A DNA stretch of 37,113 nt from a virus. Taxonomy: Duplodnaviria > Caudoviricetes. Shown here one piece after another: positions 17,508-25,756 of this stretch. The notes below the pieces were generated by a model. It was not told the origin of the DNA. It did no database searches and saw only the letters and a list, made by a program, of their open reading frames with translations. The stretch spans positions 1 to 37,113 of IMG/VR virus record IMGVR_UViG_3300020442_002570; one strand, given 5' to 3'. Every line of letters begins with the position of its first letter. Positions within the stretch are counted from its first letter, which is position 1. A program made the translations under genes and the position numbers.

Positions 17508-18344
17508 TTACATGAAAGTTATTCTAACTACTCCTGAACCACCTTGTCCTGAACCACCTGCACAGCATTTTGCCCAGTTTCCGCAATAGGAACTAACGCC
17601 AGCTTGTCCACCCCCTGCAGGCCAATCAATATGGCATCCACAAGAGCACCATGCTTCATTAGTTACACCAACTTGCGTTTTTGCAAGCAACGGCGCTTGT
17701 CCACTAAATGAATATGTGTACACACAGTGACAATATCCGTGTCCTGGTTCTGTTCCTGAAGTTCCCATCATTCCAAAATCAGCACCAAAAATTCCACAAA
17801 TCCTACAATTTGAACAAGTGTGAGAGTGTCTTGGACCCCAAGCATCTCCGTTACACATCCAGCCACCACAACCTCCATCTACACAGAAGTTTGATAAGTT
17901 ATATCCATTTACGTATGAACGACATCCCATGCCTGCTGTACATGTATGTGATTTAGCACAACGCCAAGAACCACCAGCACAAACTGAGTACTGACAGCCT
18001 GGTTTTGTATCAATAGTTTTTGAGGCGTAATTTCCTCCAGCGCCACCAATAGTAAACATACAATAGTTACAACAAGATGATCCTGGACCTCCTCCTCCGC
18101 CAGACCAAATTTCAAAAGTTACTGTTGATACACCATCTGGCACACACCAGTAACAACATTTTCCGTTAGCCTGCTCACAACATCCACTTTGTCTTGCACA
18201 CTGATGACAACGTAAACCACGTTCATTATAGATCCATTGAACACCCATGTTGTGACCTGCTCCGTGAGCAATGTCAGCTGATGTAATAGTTCCGTCTGCT
18301 ATGCTATCATTTTGTACTTTTTTATAACTTGCGTATGTTGCCAT
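17508..18344 (-). CDS. Gly/Cys-rich tail-fibre tip/adhesin-like protein, paralog C (29 Cys)
   Basis: Glycine-rich domain frame VP..V..VTFEIWSGGGGG...GGSGVVRITF with dense Cys clusters. Upstream of the chaperone. Confidence 0.8.
   Translation of the reverse strand: MATYASYKKVQNDSIADGTITSADIAHGAGHNMGVQWIYNERGLRCHQCARQSGCCEQANGKCCYWCVPDGVSTVTFEIWSGGGGGPGSSCCNYCMFTIGGAGGNYASKTIDTKPGCQYSVCAGGSWRCAKSHTCTAGMGCRSYVNGYNLSNFCVDGGCGGWMCNGDAWGPRHSHTCSNCRICGIFGADFGMMGTSGTEPGHGYCHCVYTYSFSGQAPLLAKTQVGVTNEAWCSCGCHIDWPAGGGQAGVSSYCGNWAKCCAGGSGQGGSGVVRITFM
17875..17945. repeat. 71-bp direct repeat copy 1 (copy 2 at 19573-19643), 2 mismatches
   Basis: ccatctacacagaagtttgataagttat[a/g]tccatttacgtatgaacgacatcccat[g/a]cctgctgtacatgt, aligned by eye. 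Confidence 0.9.
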
Positions 18345-18356
18345 AATTATCTTTCC

Positions 18357-19193
18357 TTATGCGAATGTTATCCTTACTAATCCTGATCCGCCCATGTTGC
18401 CTCCAGCACAGCATTTTGCCCAGTTTCCACAGTAACTTGACTGTCCTGTCTGTCCGCCACCTGCTGGCCAGTTTGTATAACAAGCACAGTTACACCAAGA
18501 TTCTGCGTTTGCACCTGCTGTTCTTTTTCCTATAAATGGAGCAACGCCTGACATTCCCCAGTCGCCTGATTTACATTGACATCCACCGTGTCCACCTGTA
18601 ACTCCTGTGGATCCCATGATTCCAAAATCTGCACCAAAAATTCCGCAAACATTACAGTTAGCACATGTTTGTGTATGACTTGGTCCCCAAGCTCCTCCAT
18701 TACACATCCATCCACCACAACCACCTGTTACACAGAAGTTGCTTAAATTGTGTCCGTTTACATATGAACGGCATCCCATGCCTGCATCACACGTATGTGA
18801 TTTAGAACAACGCCAAGTACCGCCTGCACAAATTGTGTAAGCACAACCAGGACAAGTGCTAATAGTTTTTACAGCGTAATTTCCACCTGATCCTCCTGCT
18901 GAGTGCATACAATAGTTACAGCAAGTCGAACCTGCTCCACCACCGCCACCTGACCATATTTCAAATGTTACTTTTGAAACATCTGCAGGAACGGTCCAAT
19001 AACAACATTTTCCGTTAGCTTGTTCGCAACAATCGCCTGCATCTGCACAGTGATGACAACGCATGCCTCTTTCATTGTAAATGTATTTGACATTATACTT
19101 GTTTCCAGCCTGAGCACCTAGTTTAACAGCCGTGATGCTGTTATCTTGGAAGTTGTCTGCTGTTAATGTTTTATAACTTGCGTATGTTGCCAT
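18357..19193 (-). CDS. Gly/Cys-rich tail-fibre tip/adhesin-like protein, paralog B (29 Cys)
   Basis: Collinear with its neighbours (CCEQANGKCCYW, NLSNFC, GIFGADFG, WAKCCAGG). Confidence 0.8.
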   Translation of the reverse strand: MATYASYKTLTADNFQDNSITAVKLGAQAGNKYNVKYIYNERGMRCHHCADAGDCCEQANGKCCYWTVPADVSKVTFEIWSGGGGGAGSTCCNYCMHSAGGSGGNYAVKTISTCPGCAYTICAGGTWRCSKSHTCDAGMGCRSYVNGHNLSNFCVTGGCGGWMCNGGAWGPSHTQTCANCNVCGIFGADFGIMGSTGVTGGHGGCQCKSGDWGMSGVAPFIGKRTAGANAESWCNCACYTNWPAGGGQTGQSSYCGNWAKCCAGGNMGGSGLVRITFA

Positions 19194-19202
19194 CTTTTTT
19201 CC

Positions 19203-20042
19203 TTATGCAAACGTAATCTTTACTATTCCTGAACCACCTTGTCCAGATCCACCAGCACAACACTTTGCCCAGTTATTACAATAACTAGAAGTTCCAGGTG
19301 TTCCGCCTCCTGCTGGCCAGTTAACGTGACATCCACATGCACACCACGCTTCGTTTGTTTGTGTTGCCATGTATGTTCCAATACCTGCACCAGTACCTGT
19401 CCAACTTGTTTGTCCGTGACATCTACAAGTAGTAGTTCCTGCTTTAATACCGCCTCCTCCGTTCATACCGAAGTCAGCACCAAAAATTCCACATATTCTA
19501 CAGTTCGCACAATTTAGAACTGCATGTCTTTGTCCCCATGCATCACCATTACACATCCACCCTGGACATCCGCCATCTACACAGAAGTTTGATAAGTTAT
19601 GTCCATTTACGTATGAACGACATCCCATACCTGCTGTACATGTGTGGGATTTTTCACATCTCCAACTTCCGCCAGCACATACTGAGTATTGACAACCAGG
19701 ATTAGTTGCTATTGTTTTAATTGCATAGTTTCCGCCAAATCCACCTACTGCAAAAGAACAGTTATTACAACAAGTGTGGCCAGGGCCGCCTCCGCCGCCG
19801 CCCCAAATTTCAAAGGTTACTTGATATACATTGTCAGGAACGCACCAATAACAACACTTACCATTGGCTTGTTCACAACAGTTTCCTGCTATCGTACACT
19901 GATGGCATTTGAGTCCACGCTCGTTATAAATCCAGCGGACCCTTCTCTGTGCGCCAGCACCAGGAGCCAGTTTCGAGTTTGTGATAGCACCGTCAGGTAT
20001 GCCTTCTGATGTGATCTTTTTATAACTTGCATAACTTGCCAT
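19203..20042 (-). CDS. Gly/Cys-rich tail-fibre tip/adhesin-like protein, paralog A (29 Cys)
   Basis: Collinear with its neighbours; same motifs. Confidence 0.8.
   Translation of the reverse strand: MASYASYKKITSEGIPDGAITNSKLAPGAGAQRRVRWIYNERGLKCHQCTIAGNCCEQANGKCCYWCVPDNVYQVTFEIWGGGGGGPGHTCCNNCSFAVGGFGGNYAIKTIATNPGCQYSVCAGGSWRCEKSHTCTAGMGCRSYVNGHNLSNFCVDGGCPGWMCNGDAWGQRHAVLNCANCRICGIFGADFGMNGGGGIKAGTTTCRCHGQTSWTGTGAGIGTYMATQTNEAWCACGCHVNWPAGGGTPGTSSYCNNWAKCCAGGSGQGGSGIVKITFA
19573..19643. repeat. 71-bp direct repeat copy 2
   Basis: Matches 17875-17945 at 69 of 71 positions. Confidence 0.9.
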
Positions 20043-20065
20043 TTATGGTTCCTTACTTAATTCTA

Positions 20066-20515
20066 TTATACTGTCATAATACGCCAGCCGTAGCTGTCGC
20101 CTGAGTATACCAAGTCAAACGCCGCACCTTCTGAGTTAACAGTCATGTCCGAACTATCACCTTGGATTAATTTTCCGTTTCTACCAATTGTTAGTGCATT
20201 ACTGTCAAAAGTTTTTCTTACATCGAAAAATCTAATTACATCACCTGTTGCCGGAGCACTTGGTAAGCTGATTGTAAAGCCGCCGCTATTGGTATCAACG
20301 AACAACTGTTCTCCTGAGTGAGCTGTGTACGTTGTTGTAACTGTTTTAGCATTTAAAACACCGACCGGTAACCATGCTGTTCCATTATAAAGTTCTAACA
20401 CATTAATTTCTGTGTTAAATCTTATAGAACCTGCTCCCGCATCTAATGTTCTTTGTGCCGTGTTCCCAAAAGGTATAGTTAAACCTGGTGAACCTAATGA
20501 AATTCTTCTTCCCAT
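20066..20515 (-). CDS. Tail fibre connector/hinge-like protein (149 aa)
   Basis: GNTAQR..GSIRFNTE..LELYNGTAW module (also in the 32059 and 35917 proteins), followed by a T4 long-fibre-like VDT..GGFTISLP..P..GD.I domain. Confidence 0.7.
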   Translation of the reverse strand: MGRRISLGSPGLTIPFGNTAQRTLDAGAGSIRFNTEINVLELYNGTAWLPVGVLNAKTVTTTYTAHSGEQLFVDTNSGGFTISLPSAPATGDVIRFFDVRKTFDSNALTIGRNGKLIQGDSSDMTVNSEGAAFDLVYSGDSYGWRIMTV

Positions 20516-20526
20516 TTTATCTATCC

Positions 20527-20853
20527 TTATGATGCTGGTACTGCTGTCTCAATCCCCATAACCATGCAAGTTACACTTGCTTGTGAAGATCTAACAACAA
20601 TCTGCTTTGTAGCATCTGCTACAATTCCTGTTCTTTCCAATACACCGTTTGGTCCAATAGACACATCATATTCAAGATAGTCTGCACCTTGTGGTGAACT
20701 GGAAGTCGCTACTGCTAATCTAATGTTGCTGGTGTTTGATCCTCTATTACAGAATGAAACTGTCACAACACTATAAGTATCAGCAGGTACAGTATACACA
20801 GATGTATCTGTGTTTGCACTAAGATCATTGCTTCCTAATATTCCTGACGCCAT
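20527..20853 (-). CDS. Small virion beta-sandwich protein (VYTVP family), paralog of 31719..32048
   Basis: DTSVYTVPADTYSVVTVSFCN...LEYDVSIGPN...GIVADAT. Confidence 0.7.
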   Translation of the reverse strand: MASGILGSNDLSANTDTSVYTVPADTYSVVTVSFCNRGSNTSNIRLAVATSSSPQGADYLEYDVSIGPNGVLERTGIVADATKQIVVRSSQASVTCMVMGIETAVPAS

Positions 20854-20871
20854 TTTTTACTCCTATAGTTA

Positions 20872-20879
20872 TATTTAGC
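20872..20879 (-). promoter_or_regulatory. T4-like late promoter variant (GCTAAATA)
   Basis: Intergenic CTAAATA, same spacing to the AGGAG SD/ATG as the other boxes. Confidence 0.5.
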
Positions 20880-20881
20880 CA

Positions 20882-23800
20882 TTATGTTTTACTTGTCATA
20901 AAGTACGCAAATGCAACCGGAGTTCCGGATACACCGCCATTAAAGTTCATTCCCGTAGTAACAGTAATTGGACTATTATCTGTCGTACTTATTGTATTTC
21001 CAGTAATATTTATTTTACCAGCTGTTACAGCGTTAACGTTAAGGCTACTTGACCCGCCACCAATTTGTGAATTGATGTAAGTTATAATAGCCGCCTGTGT
21101 CGGAACAACATTATCTGAGTTAGCACTAAACGTTCCGTCTGTACTAAATTCATTAATAGTTGCACCACCTTGTCCAAGTCCAACTGCACCTAGTGAAAGT
21201 TCTTGCAATCCAGCTAGGCTAAATGCACTTGTATTCAAGCTCGCAGAACCAGTTGACTGTTCAACGTTAAACAATCTACCAACTCTAAAGTTACCGTCTT
21301 GGTCCGTACTTGTGTAGAACACTCTACCTCCACCAAACTCGTTAACTTCGTCATTAGCATCATTTGGTGTTGACGGTGTTCCTGGGTAATTTGTGCTTGC
21401 AAAGTTTCCAGTACCGATATCTAAGAAGTCATGTCCTGTAAGTCTAACTTGACTAAATCTCTTTCTTATAGTTAAGTTAGCACCATGTACTGGAGCTTGC
21501 TCAATTCCTAGATCTGGTGATACTTGTAAGCTCGCTGAGTAGTTTCCTGCACTACCTGTAAGTTCTCTCACAAACACAATTTTAAAGAATCTGCTATCGC
21601 CTGCTATTTCAAGATTTGAACCTTCTTTTGGAATGTCTGTCAATCCATAAACATTTAAGAAGTTCTTTTCTTGGAATATATCTGCATATCCGTCGCCACT
21701 TACTGTTGCGCCAGCAGTTTCAAAATCTATACCTCTGTTAGTCCATGTAGGTTGTGTAAGCACACCATTACCTATTCTAACTTGATATGGTACTTCAATA
21801 GTTTCGTTTGGATCTACTATTGAAAGTGTTGGAGTTGTAGTGTATCCACTTCCAGGATTTACAATGTAGAACTGTACAATTCTACCTGATGCAACAGAAG
21901 CTCTAACTTGTGCTCCTGTTCCGCCACCGCCTACTACAGTTACTCTTGGTTCAATTGAGTATGTAGTTGTAGCATCAAGTGTTGCCGCGATACCATTAGT
22001 TGGGTGCCATGTATTCCATCCCGCAGTACCGTCTGACTCTTTTGCAACGTTGGCTACTTTTGTTCCTGGATTGTAACTTGTAATTTGTGCATATTGTCCA
22101 GCACCTGTACCTGCTGTAATAACAACTCTCATACCAACGTATTTTGAACTGTTTGCAGTTTCAGTGTTTGACAATGTGATAGTTGATGTATTACCACCCT
22201 GTGCAGTGTTAGAACTTGTTTCATATCCTCTACCACCTACAGTATCTGGATCATTTAATAATCCATCACTATTTGTATCTTCTGCATTATAAGTTGATCC
22301 ATCATCTGGATTTCTTAGTCTTACTTCAAATAGTGCATTGTCGACGTAGTTTGCGTTTGCAATTACAGCACCATAACCTGCACCTGATACTGTGTATGAA
22401 GCACTGGTATAATTATTACCAGCATTAGTATATTCAAAGTGGATAATTGCACTACCATCTGTTAATGCTCTACCAACTTGTGCTTCAAGTTTTCTATTGT
22501 TTACACCGCCAGTGATTGGAACCTCAGTAACATCAATAAATTCAGAAACAGCACCAAAGTCACCGTATGAACAGTTACCATTAGTACCTCTAATCTTACC
22601 GCCGTTTTCTGCAAGATATCCAATGTGTCCGTAGTATGAGAACACAGAAACAAGTTCTGCTCTACCTAAGTTTGTAACCCAAGCACCAATACCATCTGAC
22701 AATACTTGTGTAAAGTCGTTAGCAACGATTGAATCATTACCACCGTTGTGTAAATTACCGTCAATTTTCAATCCAACACATCCTGTACCAAATGTTGTTA
22801 CACCTTGTACGTATGGAGATCTACTTGTAATCCAAGTTCTGTTATCGTCTGGTCCCCATCCTGGATCCAATGATGCATAAGCACCAGCTGTTGGACGTTT
22901 TGTTCCATATGAATTAGCTGAACCAAGTGTACCACTTAATCCACTTACAGTCATATTTCTTAAACCTGTTGCATCTCTAAACAAGAACATGTTTTCTAAC
23001 ACAGAACCGTTTGCTCTTGCAGAGTTTCCGTAGTAGATTCCGTTGTAAAGTGTTCTATAGTTTCCTGGATAAATTAAATCGTATATAAACCCATCAATAT
23101 AATGTCTTACATCTCTTTCACAAGCCACTGTATCAAAAGTATATGACGGATAGTTTGCCGCAATATATTTTGTTACATCTCTACCAATAAAATCTTTGTT
23201 CAATTCTAACAATCTTATTGCCGCCATCTTGTCTTGATCATCAACCCTGCTGTTGTTACCTCTAAATGCAGGAGCAGTTGAATCTCCAGATGCACCATTT
23301 ATTTCAAAATCAATTTTGTCATAAAGTTCCTGTGCAAGTTCTGTAACTATTGCACTAACATCTGATGTTGAAACTGGTTTACTTACGTCTTGTGTAAGAG
23401 CATTACCAGACTGTGCTGATACTGATGAACCTTCAATAATATCATCAAGTATACTCTTCATGTGTAATATACCTGCTAGGCTGTATGTTGTATCACCTGA
23501 TGGTGTCAACTGTCCTGCTGGTTGTACTTTCGTTGAACGTAGTTCATCACCTTGTATCGCACATAAAGCAGGAACTCTAATTGGAAGAACTTCGTTGTAT
23601 GTACCAGTTGATACTTTTACAATAGTGTGTTTCTTCACTTCTGCTGGTAAAGTATATCCGTTACCAAGTGTAACAGCCTGTGTAATCACAGCCATGTTAG
23701 CTGTTAGATTTGCTACAGCACCTGATTCTGCTGGTTTTGTAGTATCTTTAATTTGTAAGTATCTATCTGCAGATGCCACACCGTCAAGTGCTTGATAATC

Positions 23801-25720
23801 TGCCGCAGGTGTTGCACTATTAACAACATCTGTTGCAATAGAAATAACAAAGTTCAATGCCGCAACGTTTTGTGACTCTGATCCTGTATCAAACCAATCA
23901 CCGCTTACGTTATCTTGCATAGCTTTTGCTACACGTCTTGTATCAACGTTACCACCTTTAGCTAAATCTTTTGTCAGTCCGTCTATAGCATATCCCGCAA
24001 GTCTTTGGAATTTTGCTTCGTTAAAACTAAATCCAATAAAGAATGGAGATGTTTGTGTAATAATCTGTCTCTTAGCCCATTTAGCTGTTTCATAAGCAAT
24101 GAACATTCTATTAACTTCTAAAAGATATCTTGCATTAGGATTGTTTATTCCTTTTTCAATTTCTTCACAGGCATATCTAATTGTTTTAAATGGACGGTCT
24201 AAGTTTGATCCGTATCCTGGATATGGACTGTCAACTCCATTTGTTGCAACATAGTAAACATCTGGAGTAGATCCAAAATCTCTCCATTCAGGAATACCAT
24301 TTGAAGCAACGCTTAATACTTGTCCTTCTGTTCCAATTGGTAATCTTGTTGGTCCAGAACCACCATAGTAAAGTAAGTCACCCTGTGTTGTGATTGCACT
24401 TTCTTCTGCACCTGATGCAAGGTTGTTCCAGTAATCACCATTAGTGTCGTTATCTGGACGTTTTGCAGTATCAGATGTGTGTGCTTGTACACAAACATAA
24501 CTGATTAAACCGTAACGTACAGCATCACCTAAATCATATACTGATGCAGTTGTCCAAGTATTTTTCCATTCAATACCTTGGTTAAGTCTTGCCCAATAAG
24601 TTGTGTTTGGTGGTCTAATGCCTGAGCTGTTTGCTGTAGCAAGATATGTATAACCACCTAGTCTTACTACATCACCAATTCTATATTCTTGGTTTGTAGA
24701 ATCTTCTCCCCAGTCACCTCTAAGGTTAAATCCTGAAGTTACAAGTTCCCATTTTGCACTTGTTGGAGGTACTTCGCCATACACATTATCATTTGCAACG
24801 TATTGGTTACCACCGTAAGTTACAAAGTCACCTGGTTGATATCTTTCAGTACCTTGCCATGTATTTTCAAATTCCATTCCTGGAACAAATTTGTCCCAGT
24901 TTGCAATATCTGCTTGAAGTGTTCCTAACTGTGAATCTGGGTTAGTAGCGACTGATGTATGATGGTTAGTAGCGATCCAAAGTGTTGCACCATATAATAC
25001 AACATCGTTTACTTTGTAACGAGTTGAATTTGTCCACTCACCTTTGTAATCAATGCCTTTGTTTAAATAATCCCATTTAGCTTGATCAGCCTCAAGACCA
25101 TTTGCCGCAGAAGCATTAGATGTGTGTCCTGTGTTTGCAACGTAAAGAGTTCCGCCATATTTTACAATGTCGTTTGCTTTATAACGAGTAGATATAGCCC
25201 AGTTTTGTTTCCAATCTTGACCTTCGGAGAATAGGTCCCATTTTAATATGTCTTGTTCAAGTCCAAGTGTATTAGTGGCCGCGGCAGTATGACCAGTGTT
25301 ACAAATGTAAATGTTTCCACCATATTTTACCAAGTCGTTTGCTTTATAAACTGTTCCAGCTGTCCAATTGTCTTTCCAGTCAATTGATGTAGCAAACTGA
25401 TCCCATTTAGATTGATCAGCTTCTAGTGTTGATTGTGCTGTGTGTCCTGTGTTACAAATGTAAATAATACCACCGTATCTTACGATGTCATTTATTTTGT
25501 AAAATGTTGCACTGCTCCAATCACTTTTCCATTGAGTACCGTCACTGAATATATTCCAGTTAGTTAAGTCTGAGTAAAAATTAGATCCTGATGTATGACC
25601 TGCTACACAAACATAAGTTCTACCACCATATCTAATAACATCATCTTTTAGATATTCAGTGGAAGATGTCCATGCATCTTTCCATATAAATCTAATTCTA
25701 CCGAGTTTAAATTCTGCCAT
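20882..25720 (-). CDS. Giant virion fibre/spike protein (1612 aa): 8 CBM5/12-like repeats, beta-helix region, two helical inserts
   Basis: Repeats W...Y..ND.V.YGG..Y.C..GHTS. YYVATNGVD..PFKTIRYAC beta-helix cap. C-terminal VRLTGHDFLDIGTG/GRVFYTSTDQDGNFRVG shared with the paralog. Confidence 0.85.
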   Translation of the reverse strand: MAEFKLGRIRFIWKDAWTSSTEYLKDDVIRYGGRTYVCVAGHTSGSNFYSDLTNWNIFSDGTQWKSDWSSATFYKINDIVRYGGIIYICNTGHTAQSTLEADQSKWDQFATSIDWKDNWTAGTVYKANDLVKYGGNIYICNTGHTAAATNTLGLEQDILKWDLFSEGQDWKQNWAISTRYKANDIVKYGGTLYVANTGHTSNASAANGLEADQAKWDYLNKGIDYKGEWTNSTRYKVNDVVLYGATLWIATNHHTSVATNPDSQLGTLQADIANWDKFVPGMEFENTWQGTERYQPGDFVTYGGNQYVANDNVYGEVPPTSAKWELVTSGFNLRGDWGEDSTNQEYRIGDVVRLGGYTYLATANSSGIRPPNTTYWARLNQGIEWKNTWTTASVYDLGDAVRYGLISYVCVQAHTSDTAKRPDNDTNGDYWNNLASGAEESAITTQGDLLYYGGSGPTRLPIGTEGQVLSVASNGIPEWRDFGSTPDVYYVATNGVDSPYPGYGSNLDRPFKTIRYACEEIEKGINNPNARYLLEVNRMFIAYETAKWAKRQIITQTSPFFIGFSFNEAKFQRLAGYAIDGLTKDLAKGGNVDTRRVAKAMQDNVSGDWFDTGSESQNVAALNFVISIATDVVNSATPAADYQALDGVASADRYLQIKDTTKPAESGAVANLTANMAVITQAVTLGNGYTLPAEVKKHTIVKVSTGTYNEVLPIRVPALCAIQGDELRSTKVQPAGQLTPSGDTTYSLAGILHMKSILDDIIEGSSVSAQSGNALTQDVSKPVSTSDVSAIVTELAQELYDKIDFEINGASGDSTAPAFRGNNSRVDDQDKMAAIRLLELNKDFIGRDVTKYIAANYPSYTFDTVACERDVRHYIDGFIYDLIYPGNYRTLYNGIYYGNSARANGSVLENMFLFRDATGLRNMTVSGLSGTLGSANSYGTKRPTAGAYASLDPGWGPDDNRTWITSRSPYVQGVTTFGTGCVGLKIDGNLHNGGNDSIVANDFTQVLSDGIGAWVTNLGRAELVSVFSYYGHIGYLAENGGKIRGTNGNCSYGDFGAVSEFIDVTEVPITGGVNNRKLEAQVGRALTDGSAIIHFEYTNAGNNYTSASYTVSGAGYGAVIANANYVDNALFEVRLRNPDDGSTYNAEDTNSDGLLNDPDTVGGRGYETSSNTAQGGNTSTITLSNTETANSSKYVGMRVVITAGTGAGQYAQITSYNPGTKVANVAKESDGTAGWNTWHPTNGIAATLDATTTYSIEPRVTVVGGGGTGAQVRASVASGRIVQFYIVNPGSGYTTTPTLSIVDPNETIEVPYQVRIGNGVLTQPTWTNRGIDFETAGATVSGDGYADIFQEKNFLNVYGLTDIPKEGSNLEIAGDSRFFKIVFVRELTGSAGNYSASLQVSPDLGIEQAPVHGANLTIRKRFSQVRLTGHDFLDIGTGNFASTNYPGTPSTPNDANDEVNEFGGGRVFYTSTDQDGNFRVGRLFNVEQSTGSASLNTSAFSLAGLQELSLGAVGLGQGGATINEFSTDGTFSANSDNVVPTQAAIITYINSQIGGGSSSLNVNAVTAGKINITGNTISTTDNSPITVTTGMNFNGGVSGTPVAFAYFMTSKT

Positions 25721-25747
25721 TTTTTGCTCCGTTCTTGGTATTATACA

Positions 25748-25755
25748 TATTTATC
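25748..25755 (-). promoter_or_regulatory. T4-like late promoter (GATAAATA)
   Basis: Located in the 36-bp gap between the two giant paralogs. Confidence 0.7.
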
Positions 25756-25756
25756 A

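Noticed and set aside
17875-19643. Diversity-generating retroelement TR/VR pair
   Set aside because: No reverse transcriptase in the window. Both copies are mid-gene, and the two mismatches are reciprocal C/T changes on the coding strand, not adenine-specific.
17508-20042. Multiheme cytochrome c, radical SAM or classical RiPP precursor interpretation of the Cys-rich proteins
   Set aside because: No CxxCH (the motifs are CHQCA/CHHCA/CHQCT), no CxxxCxxC, and no signal or leader peptide. The proteins are 278-279 aa with a phage Gly-rich domain frame and an adjacent tail chaperone.
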